Shown here in pieces: positions 26,134-34,421 of a DNA stretch of 64,000 bases. Source of the stretch: a virus. The stretch spans positions 1 through 64,000 of IMG/VR virus record IMGVR_UViG_3300032334_000335, one strand, 5' to 3'. The notes under the pieces were generated by a model. The model saw nothing but the letters and a program-made list of their open reading frames with translations. It did no database searches and was not told the origin of the DNA. The position numbers and the translations under genes are program-made. How positions within the stretch are numbered: position 1 is the stretch's first letter; the number at the start of each line of letters is the position of its first letter.

Positions 26134-26508
26134 ATGACGGACTTAGATGAAGCTAAACAATCAGGTGTTGCTCCGTGGGACAATGCCGTTGAAAATATGG
26201 AAGATTTTCATGTTCAAGTATTCCGAGACAAATATCCTGTAACGGAAGGTCATCTATTGTTTGTACCTAAATACAACACCGATGCGGTCATCCTTGAATG
26301 TTTTGAGTTTGCTTTAGAAGAAGGTCGACAGATGGTTGCTGCTGGTGAGTGTGACGGGTTTAATATCGGACTTAATGTAGGGCTGTCATCAGGGCAAACT
26401 GTTATGTATCCACATGTTCATCTTATTCCAAGACGTACAGGAGATATGGAAGATCCTCGAGGCGGAGTACGTCATGTTATTCCAGAAAAAGGTAACTATA
26501 AAAAATGA
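26134..26508 (+). CDS. HIT family nucleotide hydrolase
   Basis: YPVTEGHLL, GQTVMYPHVHLIPRR histidine-triad region. Confidence 0.9.
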   Translation: MTDLDEAKQSGVAPWDNAVENMEDFHVQVFRDKYPVTEGHLLFVPKYNTDAVILECFEFALEEGRQMVAAGECDGFNIGLNVGLSSGQTVMYPHVHLIPRRTGDMEDPRGGVRHVIPEKGNYKK

Positions 26509-26651
26509 AAATGTTTAAAAAAGTCAGTGCTATTTTTATTTCAGCCAGTGCATTAACCTTAGCAGTGTTACATTGGGGTACCCCGGAGAGCATGGCATGG
26601 GTAGTTGCGTTAGCAGGCTGGGTCCCACATTGTTTTAATGAAGGAGATTGA
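26505..26651 (+). CDS. 48-aa membrane protein absent from the ORF track
   Basis: MKMFKKVSAIFISASALTLAVLHWG...FNEGD*; ATGA-coupled and fills the gap. Confidence 0.55.
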   Translation: MKMFKKVSAIFISASALTLAVLHWGTPESMAWVVALAGWVPHCFNEGD

Positions 26652-26652
26652 T

Positions 26653-26880
26653 ATGCAAGTACGAGTAACAGAAGATGATAAAGAGTTTGGTAAGTGTGGT
26701 TGTGGTCGTAGCCCAACAGGTAAGTGTATTGGTTGGCATGGTCTAGAAGAAGGTGAGTTCCGCGAGAAACTGGCTGAATGGGAAATGGAAGACTATAAGC
26801 GCAGAGCGCAAGCGATGTGGAATGATAGTTGTACCAGCGTAAGAGCCCCTGGCGATTCTGAGGGTGGAGACATTGACTGA
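26653..26880 (+). CDS. CDGSH-like Fe-S/Zn-binding small protein
   Basis: CGCGRSPTGKCIGWH resembles C-x-C-xx-S-xxx-P-x-C-D-G-S-H. Confidence 0.6.
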   Translation: MQVRVTEDDKEFGKCGCGRSPTGKCIGWHGLEEGEFREKLAEWEMEDYKRRAQAMWNDSCTSVRAPGDSEGGDID

Positions 26881-27067
26881 GATCGTTGTCAAATGGGATA
26901 ATCAAAATGTTCCTTGGTGGAACGAAACTTGTGCTCTAGTATTAGAACATTTCGGACTACCTGGTGACAGATTTGTTTATACACCGCACGAAGACTATAT
27001 GACATTTAAGTTCTTTAACGAACACGATGGGCTTATGGCTAAAATACTATTGAGTGATAGGATATGA
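26864..27067 (+). CDS. Hypothetical protein
   Basis: 67 aa; WNETCA..FGLPG. Confidence 0.6.
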   Translation: METLTEIVVKWDNQNVPWWNETCALVLEHFGLPGDRFVYTPHEDYMTFKFFNEHDGLMAKILLSDRI

Positions 27068-27258
27068 GAGACACTATTATAACTATAGTCTTAGTAATAG
27101 TTTTAGCAATGATCATGTTGTTTTCAGACTTCACTGGAAGCAAGGTCGTTGTATATGACTGTGGAATGGCAGAATGGCATCCAGACATTCCACCAAGAGT
27201 CAAAGAAGAATGTCGTAGGTTAAAGTTAGAAGAATTAAAAAGCAGAGACACAATATGA
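27064..27258 (+). CDS. Small membrane-anchored protein
   Basis: N-terminal TM segment; YDC..HPD.P..C. Confidence 0.6.
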   Translation: MRDTIITIVLVIVLAMIMLFSDFTGSKVVVYDCGMAEWHPDIPPRVKEECRRLKLEELKSRDTI

Positions 27259-27437
27259 ACAGCTGGACATTAACTGTAGAAGAAGATCCCGAAACTGGTG
27301 ATGCTATCCTTACATTTCCTCCCGATCTATTAGAAAAATCAGGGTGGGTAGAAGGCGATACCCTAGAATGGATTGACCTAAATAATGGTAGTTGGCAACT
27401 CAAAAAAGTTGACAAAACTACTGAACAGAGTGTATAA
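27255..27437 (+). CDS. AbrB/MazE-like DNA-binding protein
   Basis: ILTFPPDLLEKSGWVEGDTLEW swapped-hairpin signature. Confidence 0.7.
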   Translation: MNSWTLTVEEDPETGDAILTFPPDLLEKSGWVEGDTLEWIDLNNGSWQLKKVDKTTEQSV

Positions 27438-27438
27438 T
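27409..27438 (+). promoter_or_regulatory. Sigma70-type promoter, probably leaderless queE transcript
   Basis: TTGACA(27409-14)-18 nt-TATAAT(27433-38), ATG at 27444. Confidence 0.7.
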
Positions 27439-27443
27439 ATACT

Positions 27444-28307
27444 ATGAGCAAAATTAAAATCGCAGAGCTGTTTTACAGCATTCAAGGTGAAGGACGCTAT
27501 ATGGGTGTTCCTTCTGTTTTCTTACGTACATTTGGTTGCAACTTTAAATGTGCTGGCTTTGGTATGCTACGTGGTACATTAAGCGGTGAAGCAGATGTGC
27601 TAGCAGAGAAACAAGAAAAATATAACAAGTGGCCTACGTATAATGAACTTCCATTAGTAAGCACAGGTTGTGACAGCTATGCTAGCTGGCATCCTAGCTT
27701 TAAAGAACTTAGCCCAATGCTTACTAGTGATGCCATTGCAGATCGTATTTGTGAGATATTGCCACATAATGAATGGCAAGACGAGCATCTGGTTATCACT
27801 GGCGGTGAGCCTTTGCTGGGTTGGCAACGTGCTTACCCAGACTTGCTGGATCATCCTAAGATGGCAGGACTAAAAGAGATCACATTTGAAACAAATGGTA
27901 CTCAAAAGCTAACAGAAGAGTTTAAAGAATATCTAGTAAAGTGGCAAATGCCTAACATGGATTTTGCAAGAGAAGTTACATTTTCAGTAAGTGCTAAACT
28001 TCCATGTAGTGGCGAAAAGTGGGAGGAAGCTATTCTGCCAGGAGTTGTTTGTGAATATGAAGACTTTGGTACAGCCTATTTGAAGTTTGTCATTGCCACT
28101 GAACAAGATTTTGCAGATGCAGAATGTGCTATTGCCGCTTATCGTACAGCAGGATTTAAAGGTCACATTTATCTCATGCCAGTGGGCGGTGTTGAAAGTG
28201 TTTATGCACTAAACAATCGCACAGTGGCAGACTTAGCTATGAAGAACGGTTTAAGATATAGTGATAGATTGCAAGTGCCGTTATTTAAAAATGAGTGGGG
28301 AACTTAA
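27444..28307 (+). CDS. queE: 7-carboxy-7-deazaguanine synthase (radical SAM)
   Basis: ELFYSIQGEG, FLRTFGCN, ITGGEP, ETNGT, RLQV; cluster motif Cx3Cx39C. Confidence 0.9.
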   Translation: MSKIKIAELFYSIQGEGRYMGVPSVFLRTFGCNFKCAGFGMLRGTLSGEADVLAEKQEKYNKWPTYNELPLVSTGCDSYASWHPSFKELSPMLTSDAIADRICEILPHNEWQDEHLVITGGEPLLGWQRAYPDLLDHPKMAGLKEITFETNGTQKLTEEFKEYLVKWQMPNMDFAREVTFSVSAKLPCSGEKWEEAILPGVVCEYEDFGTAYLKFVIATEQDFADAECAIAAYRTAGFKGHIYLMPVGGVESVYALNNRTVADLAMKNGLRYSDRLQVPLFKNEWGT

Positions 28308-28747
28308 TGAAGAAGATTATTGAAAAACTTTTTGGTATTGATAAAGTTCGAGCTGAAGCAGAGCGTTCAGTAGCAATAGCAGAAGAAGCAGCCAAGGCAG
28401 CGAAAGATGCTACCGCGGCAGCAGAGAGAGCCAAAGAAGCCGAAGAACTGGCAAAACTCAGTGCAAAAGATAGAGCAACCAAACTAAAAGAACCTTGGGT
28501 AGGTGTACTAAACACACATATCAACAAAGATAATATCCGCAATGGCTTCTTTGAGCTTGACTGGAACGACCATTTTGTGTTAAAATTAAAGCAAGAAGGA
28601 TACGGATTTGATGGTGATTTAGATGAAGAAATCGTAGACCGTTGGTTCCGTGAACTTTGTGCTAACGTGGTAGTTGACGGTGACTTTGGCGGTGCCGTTA
28701 ACACTGGCGTTATTGATATCAACTCAGTTAAAAAGAACAACAAATGA
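28307..28747 (+). CDS. Hypothetical protein
   Basis: TAATG-coupled; coiled N-terminus; GFFELDWN. Confidence 0.7.
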   Translation: MKKIIEKLFGIDKVRAEAERSVAIAEEAAKAAKDATAAAERAKEAEELAKLSAKDRATKLKEPWVGVLNTHINKDNIRNGFFELDWNDHFVLKLKQEGYGFDGDLDEEIVDRWFRELCANVVVDGDFGGAVNTGVIDINSVKKNNK

Positions 28748-29730
28748 ACTATATTTTAGTAGATACAGCAAATACCTTTTTCCGTGCTCGGCACGTTATC
28801 AACGGTGACGCTGATATCAAACTAGGAATGGCTTTTCATATTACACTTAATAGTGTAAAGAAAGCATGGCAAGACTTTAACGGCAGTCACGTTATCTTCT
28901 GTTTAGAAGGTCGTAGCTGGCGCAAGGACTTTTATGCTCCTTACAAAGCGCAACGTGCAGAAGCTCGTGCTGCTCATACAGAACGTGAAGCAGAAGAAGA
29001 AAAAGTCTTTTGGGAAGCCTTTGACACATTCAAAGAGTTTATTACAGAAAAGACTAACTGTACAGTTATGCAGAATCCACGCTTAGAAGCTGACGATCTT
29101 ATTGCTGGCTGGATTCAGAGTCATCCAAACGATAATCATATTATCATTTCGACAGACACAGATTTTGTACAACTTATTGCACCTAACGTCAAACAGTACA
29201 ACGGTGTTATGGAAACAACTATTACACACGAAGGTATCTTTGATGCAAAAGGCAAAAGAGTCATTGATAAGAAAACGCAAGAGCCCAAAGCAATCCCAGA
29301 TCCAGAATGGCTCTTGTTCGAAAAGTGTATGCGTGGTGATACCAGTGATAATGTCTTCTCAGCGTATCCGGGTGTGCGTACTAAAGGCACAAGCAAAAAA
29401 GTGGGTCTTACTGAAGCGTTCGAAGATCGTAAAAGCCGCGGATATGCGTGGAACAATCTCATGTTACAGAGATGGGTTGACCATAATGGCGTCGAACACA
29501 GAGTGTTAGAAGATTACGAACGCAACCGTCGACTTATTGATTTGAGTCATCAGCCAGAAGATATTAAAACGATCATTGCCGAGACCATTGCGACAGCAAC
29601 AGGTGCTAATAAAAATATCAGCCAAGTTGGCATTCGACTTATTAAGTTCTGTAACTTATACGATCTTAAGAAGATTGCCGACCAGGCACAGGCATATGCC
29701 GAACCATTAAATGCGAGGTACACCGTATGA
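28744..29730 (+). CDS. rnh: RNase H / 5'-3' flap exonuclease (T4 rnh-like)
   Basis: ILVD..N, YKAQR, EADD, STDTDF.QL, GDTSDN. Confidence 0.9.
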   Translation: MNYILVDTANTFFRARHVINGDADIKLGMAFHITLNSVKKAWQDFNGSHVIFCLEGRSWRKDFYAPYKAQRAEARAAHTEREAEEEKVFWEAFDTFKEFITEKTNCTVMQNPRLEADDLIAGWIQSHPNDNHIIISTDTDFVQLIAPNVKQYNGVMETTITHEGIFDAKGKRVIDKKTQEPKAIPDPEWLLFEKCMRGDTSDNVFSAYPGVRTKGTSKKVGLTEAFEDRKSRGYAWNNLMLQRWVDHNGVEHRVLEDYERNRRLIDLSHQPEDIKTIIAETIATATGANKNISQVGIRLIKFCNLYDLKKIADQAQAYAEPLNARYTV

Positions 29731-30203
29731 CAGAACTACATGCTAAACCAATCATCGATAACAAGTTTTGGATCGTCGAGAAAGATGGAGAAAAGTTTGC
29801 CACACTACGAAAGAATGATGACAATCGTTTTGTAATGAGCAATGAGCTCGGTGTTAAGATTTATGAGACAAAAGAAAAACTAACACGAGAGTTTGGTAAA
29901 AACTTTTTTGTAGTGAAGATTGTTAAAGAAGCAGATAACTCAGAGCCGAATGAAGTCCATGGATATCCTACAAGTACCTTGCCACACAACTCAATGTATG
30001 ACGTGCAAAGAAAACTGCCCCTGTTTACAAAAAGTGGAGACAGTAAAAGTCTGTACTGCGCCGGATATTATGTTATCCGATTTGATAAAGGCTGGGTTAA
30101 ATCCTTTTGTCCTAAGTTAATCACTTTGCAGAGATATGACTATAAAGGTCCGTTTAAGACTGATATAGAAATGAAACAGGTGCTATCAAATGTCTCAAAA
30201 TAA
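29727..30203 (+). CDS. Hypothetical protein
   Basis: 158-aa coupled ORF. Confidence 0.7.
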   Translation: MTELHAKPIIDNKFWIVEKDGEKFATLRKNDDNRFVMSNELGVKIYETKEKLTREFGKNFFVVKIVKEADNSEPNEVHGYPTSTLPHNSMYDVQRKLPLFTKSGDSKSLYCAGYYVIRFDKGWVKSFCPKLITLQRYDYKGPFKTDIEMKQVLSNVSK

Positions 30204-30441
30204 CTTTCCTGTAACATTACCAACTATTGAAAAGCTAATACAACGTATAGCATCAGCTGAAAAAACGCAACAGAAAGACATTCGTATTTCAATACAAGAA
30301 GCACGTGAGTTAACTTCTGAACTAGCTGTATTAACTTCAAAATTAGGCAAAACAGTTACTGATATACACCAAATGCTAGCCGAAATACGCGAATCAACTA
30401 CAAATATTGATGTAAAATTCGACGGCGGCGGCTTCAATTAG
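30190..30441 (+). CDS. Hypothetical protein
   Basis: 83-aa coiled protein ending DGGGFN. Confidence 0.65.
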   Translation: MSQNNFPVTLPTIEKLIQRIASAEKTQQKDIRISIQEARELTSELAVLTSKLGKTVTDIHQMLAEIRESTTNIDVKFDGGGFN

Positions 30442-30442
30442 A

Positions 30443-30481
30443 TATAAATATATACGTGGTTAATTAGGAACACGTATATAT
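30443..30481 (+). promoter_or_regulatory. Late promoter TATAAATA overlapping an RBS-occluding hairpin
   Basis: Perfect 11-bp inverted repeat ATATATACGTG/CACGTATATAT covering the start codon. Confidence 0.65.
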
Positions 30482-30764
30482 GAGCAGACCAAAACCTACA
30501 ATATTGCTAGAACACGCTAACAAGGAAACTTTTAAAATAGAGCAGATCCTTGATAGTGAAGCCATCTGGGCAGTATTTTACAAAGAACAACCATTTAACT
30601 TAAAGAGTGGTAGTTTGGTTGCCAGCTATCCCGGACCTAAATATAAGAAGGTATCATTTAGCAATCCCGGTCATGCGCACAACTTAGCTAAGAAGTTGAA
30701 TAGATTATTTAAGACAAAAGATTTCGCCGTTTATAAACTCACGCAAGGTGAGAAGGTAGAATAA
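30480..30764 (+). CDS. Hypothetical protein
   Basis: 94 aa; MSRPKP...GPKYKKVSFSNPGHA. Confidence 0.75.
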   Translation: MSRPKPTILLEHANKETFKIEQILDSEAIWAVFYKEQPFNLKSGSLVASYPGPKYKKVSFSNPGHAHNLAKKLNRLFKTKDFAVYKLTQGEKVE

Positions 30765-30766
30765 CT

Positions 30767-31168
30767 ATGGATCCCAAGGATGCCTACACTAAGGTGTTCT
30801 TACAGGCAGCAGGCACAAACGCTGATCCAGAGACCATTAAAAAATTTAGAGTAGTATGGTGGTGGAACGTGCGAGCCAAAGAAAAAGGAGGCCTTAGATT
30901 GACAGAACAGGCCTTGCAGTTCTTAGAAGAACATGCTAAAATAAAATCATACAAGATAGATTTCCCCAGCGATTTTTCAATAACTCCACAGGTGTTAGTT
31001 TGGTTAGACAACTTTATCGATTCACCTTTCTATATAACAAAGAAACACATAATAGTGTTAAAAGAACGTGCAGCATTTGAACTATATCTATTCTCCGGCG
31101 ATATTAGAAAGATGGGGCATAACAAAGCTCTAGCCAAAAGATTAAGCCAAGAATCAGTCCCCGAATAA
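30767..31168 (+). CDS. Hypothetical protein
   Basis: 133 aa; GGLRLT motif. Confidence 0.7.
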   Translation: MDPKDAYTKVFLQAAGTNADPETIKKFRVVWWWNVRAKEKGGLRLTEQALQFLEEHAKIKSYKIDFPSDFSITPQVLVWLDNFIDSPFYITKKHIIVLKERAAFELYLFSGDIRKMGHNKALAKRLSQESVPE

Positions 31169-31192
31169 TAGTAGTATATAAATATTTTTATC

Positions 31193-31465
31193 ATGTTTGA
31201 TCTAAACCCAATGGATGTGTTAAAACAACGGAAAGTAAAAATACTTCCTCCACACTTCGCGAAAATCAAGATATCCGACGGAGAACTCTTCGAAGGAAAT
31301 ATTGAACAATGGATTAAGTCGAAGTTAAAAGGAAGATTTGCTATCTGCGGTAGCCCATCTATTAACAAAGAAGGCACTCTCGAATCAACCACTTTTGTGG
31401 CCTTCGAGGATCATCAAGAGCTAACATACTTTATGTTGGCATGTCCACATTTAAGGAGAAACTAA
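31193..31465 (+). CDS. Hypothetical protein
   Basis: 90 aa; TATAAATA at 31177-84 upstream. Confidence 0.7.
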   Translation: MFDLNPMDVLKQRKVKILPPHFAKIKISDGELFEGNIEQWIKSKLKGRFAICGSPSINKEGTLESTTFVAFEDHQELTYFMLACPHLRRN

Positions 31466-31466
31466 A

Positions 31467-31691
31467 ATGGCAGAAGAAAACAAAGTTGAAGAACAGCAAC
31501 CAGCGGCAGCTCCGGCAGCAGCTCCAGCTGAGGAACCTGGTTTAAATATCAGTGACCTAATGGCATTAAAGAGCATTGTAGAAGTAGCGTCACAACGAGG
31601 AGCGTTCAAAGCAAATGAACTAGAAGCAGTTGGTAAAACTTTCAACAAGTTAACTACATTCTTAGAGTCAGTTGCTAAAAAGGAGGCTTAA
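31467..31691 (+). CDS. Hypothetical protein
   Basis: 74 aa; AGGAG SD; ASQRGAFKANEL. Confidence 0.7.
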   Translation: MAEENKVEEQQPAAAPAAAPAEEPGLNISDLMALKSIVEVASQRGAFKANELEAVGKTFNKLTTFLESVAKKEA

Positions 31692-31692
31692 T

Positions 31693-32358
31693 ATGAGAAG
31701 CCTAAAACACGTAGGACGTATGCAGAAGAATGATGCCAAAGTATTGGTAGCATTCCGCACACTGCCGGGTGAATCAAATACAGCATTGGTTATTCCAGTT
31801 TCGCAGCTCAATGACGAATATCATAACGATATCATGAAACTGGTCGAAACTGACCAAGCACAAGAAGTGTTTGAGTTCGGTGAAATCTTGTTTACTAGAT
31901 CTTTCACTGACGGTCGCCCAATGTTAAGAGCATTACAAGCAGACGGAATTATGCAGAAGGTTCCAACTGACTCTGTGTTGATGACTCCAACTCCTAATGA
32001 CACTATCCAGCTTCATCAGTTGAATACATTAATCGCCGAACAACGTAACTGTGCTGTTGACGATCTATGTACTTTTGTTTCTGGTGCTCCAAAACAAAAC
32101 TCATCTGAAGTTGAAGATATTGTACAGGTAAAAGATCTAGGTAGAGATATTGGTGAACCAAAACCTCTAAACGAATCGAAGCCTGCTCCTCTTAAGGCAG
32201 CAGAAAATTCAGTTCTTTCGGATACAGACATTGCTAAATCATATCGCAGTCAAGCTGATGCTATGTATAAAGAAGCAGCAAGACTACGTAAGCAAGCAGA
32301 TGAATTAGATCCGCCAAAGAAAAAAGCAACTAAATCTACAGAAGAACTAAGTGCCTAA
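31693..32358 (+). CDS. Hypothetical protein
   Basis: Start MRSLKHVG after AGGAGG. Confidence 0.7.
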   Translation: MRSLKHVGRMQKNDAKVLVAFRTLPGESNTALVIPVSQLNDEYHNDIMKLVETDQAQEVFEFGEILFTRSFTDGRPMLRALQADGIMQKVPTDSVLMTPTPNDTIQLHQLNTLIAEQRNCAVDDLCTFVSGAPKQNSSEVEDIVQVKDLGRDIGEPKPLNESKPAPLKAAENSVLSDTDIAKSYRSQADAMYKEAARLRKQADELDPPKKKATKSTEELSA

Positions 32359-32656
32359 TCCGTTATTTAAACCGCCGCGGCATTTAGTAAAAGAGTGGCC
32401 TGAAGTCTTTGAAGATCTATACATGAATACTATGCCGGTAGCATATCTAGTAAACATACATCTAGAGTTTGCTAACGGCAGAGTATGGCAGATCGATGTC
32501 AAAGAACAGTTGAAAGAACATGATGCAGATGAGATTGCCGCAAGATTATTAGATACCCTGCATGAATTTAAAGAAGATATAACTAAGATGGATTTCAAGA
32601 TCGATGTAGACAAACTCAAGACAGATATAAAGAGTTCGTCTAAAAAGATTTTTTAA
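32351..32656 (+). CDS. Hypothetical protein
   Basis: 101 aa; last gene of the long + strand run. Confidence 0.65.
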   Translation: MPNPLFKPPRHLVKEWPEVFEDLYMNTMPVAYLVNIHLEFANGRVWQIDVKEQLKEHDADEIAARLLDTLHEFKEDITKMDFKIDVDKLKTDIKSSSKKIF

Positions 32657-33435
32657 TTTATTAGAGTATATCTATCAATATGTTCAAGCAAAGTATTTGC
32701 TAGATTTTCCTGATCCAGTGGTAACGTATGATACCCTGGATCTTTAAATTTGATAGGATTTCTTTTGTTGTAGGCTTTTATATTTTTTTGACAAGCATTC
32801 CACCATTGTTGTTTTTCAACAGTGGTATTTTTTTCATTTAACCAAGAACATTTATCTTTTATTTTTAAATCATCTAATATAAGAAGATATGGTATTTTTG
32901 ATTCTTCTAACTTATGTAACATAGCATAGACACACCAGGTGTCTATTTTTAATTTCCAGTTATGGTCATACAAGTTTGCAAAATACAGTTTTACGTTCTT
33001 TTTTATTGTTGATAGGTTTGGAACTGTATCTTCGTATTGAGTATACGGATAATCGGGTAACATTGATTGAATGGTATCCGATATCATTTTTGGATCTTTA
33101 TTCTTTTCAGGATCAAAAGAACTTATCGACTGCTGATGTTTATAAAGTATGTTATCTAATGTGACATCAGATTCGTGCCCGTACAAGGTTGAACCGATAG
33201 GATTTATAGGTATTTCTAATCTATCAATCAGGGTGGTGTTTACTATAATAAAATCTGCATTTTTCTCAATGGCATGTTCGAGTTGCACACATATACCTCC
33301 ATTGCTCATTCCGCCACGGGATAGTATCGTTAAATCATATCCTATCTTGGTTGAGAGTATTTCAGAAAAATGTTGTCCTGGAGTTTCGGGGCTCGGTGTC
33401 ATGAAGCTGTCACCGCAGATATATAGTTTTTTCAT
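32653..33435 (-). CDS. SGNH/GDSL-like hydrolase or acyltransferase
   Basis: ICGDSF block I, RGGMSN, DPGYHT. Confidence 0.6.
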   Translation of the reverse strand: MKKLYICGDSFMTPSPETPGQHFSEILSTKIGYDLTILSRGGMSNGGICVQLEHAIEKNADFIIVNTTLIDRLEIPINPIGSTLYGHESDVTLDNILYKHQQSISSFDPEKNKDPKMISDTIQSMLPDYPYTQYEDTVPNLSTIKKNVKLYFANLYDHNWKLKIDTWCVYAMLHKLEESKIPYLLILDDLKIKDKCSWLNEKNTTVEKQQWWNACQKNIKAYNKRNPIKFKDPGYHTLPLDQENLANTLLEHIDRYTLIN

Positions 33436-33440
33436 CGTGA

Positions 33441-33462
33441 AATATTTATATGGTTAAATATT
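33441..33462. promoter_or_regulatory. Back-to-back late promoters
   Basis: AATATTTA-tatggt-TAAATATT gives TAAATA on both strands between divergent genes. Confidence 0.55.
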
Positions 33463-33476
33463 CCAAAGGATAGTTA

Positions 33477-34421
33477 ATGAATCTAGTAACAGTTACATAT
33501 TTTGCCGATCTTCGAAACATGCTAGTTCAAGCTGAAAGCATCAATAGATTTGCATTAGGAGTAACACACTGGGTAGTTATTTGTAGCACATCTAACAATA
33601 TGGCTAGATGGCGGCGACTACTAGAGCCATATTATCAAGGATCAAATCGATTAAAATTAATTCGAGCACCATCTGAGTTAATGACTGCGAAATCTGGATA
33701 TATGAATCAACAGTTACTGAAACTATGGATTGCAGGGTCTATTCAAGATGACTATCTTATCCTAGACTCTAAGAACTTTTTTATACAGCCAACGGATTCC
33801 TCAGTGTACGAAAACTATATAGCTACTAACGGATGGGGCTATGATATATCGGATGAGACATTTCCTGGTACAATATATAAAACTTGTGCTATAGAATCTA
33901 GTCGCTATTTAGGAAATACAACAACTAGATTTGTCATACCCGGAATCGGTACCCCATATAAAATAAGTTGGAAAAACATGCAGAAACTTATAGAAAAATT
34001 TCAAAGTATTGATTTAGCTATGCTATGGGTTAAATCTGTTATTGAGAAGGGCAAAAGATTTCAACCAGGACGTGCAGATGTATTTTCAGAGTTTGTATTT
34101 TATGCTCAACTAATGGATGACGATGAAGTTGATATTCTCAAAAACACAGTTCTTGAAAGAATAGATACAAATAGAACTGTATGGGATCAAGGAACATTTA
34201 TTAACTATCTTGCACACAATAGACTCTCTTCAAAGAAAAAAAGACCGGTGACAGCGTTACTAGAATGTTTTACAAAAAAGCAAGTGCATACCGTTGCATT
34301 TCACCGAAGGTGGTTTTATGATCACCCAGAGTATTTGCCAGACATTAACAAATGGCTGTCTGAACAGGGGATAAACACTAAACTAAAAATCGGCAGAAGC
34401 TATAATGCACCGTGGGTTTAA
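33477..34421 (+). CDS. GT-A-like hypothetical protein
   Basis: GYMNQQLLKL, YLILDSKNFFI, FSEFVFY. Confidence 0.55.
   Translation: MNLVTVTYFADLRNMLVQAESINRFALGVTHWVVICSTSNNMARWRRLLEPYYQGSNRLKLIRAPSELMTAKSGYMNQQLLKLWIAGSIQDDYLILDSKNFFIQPTDSSVYENYIATNGWGYDISDETFPGTIYKTCAIESSRYLGNTTTRFVIPGIGTPYKISWKNMQKLIEKFQSIDLAMLWVKSVIEKGKRFQPGRADVFSEFVFYAQLMDDDEVDILKNTVLERIDTNRTVWDQGTFINYLAHNRLSSKKKRPVTALLECFTKKQVHTVAFHRRWFYDHPEYLPDINKWLSEQGINTKLKIGRSYNAPWV

Noticed and set aside
27255-27437. Toxin-antitoxin pair around the AbrB/MazE-like gene
   Set aside because: No toxin-like neighbour; the next gene is queE with its own promoter
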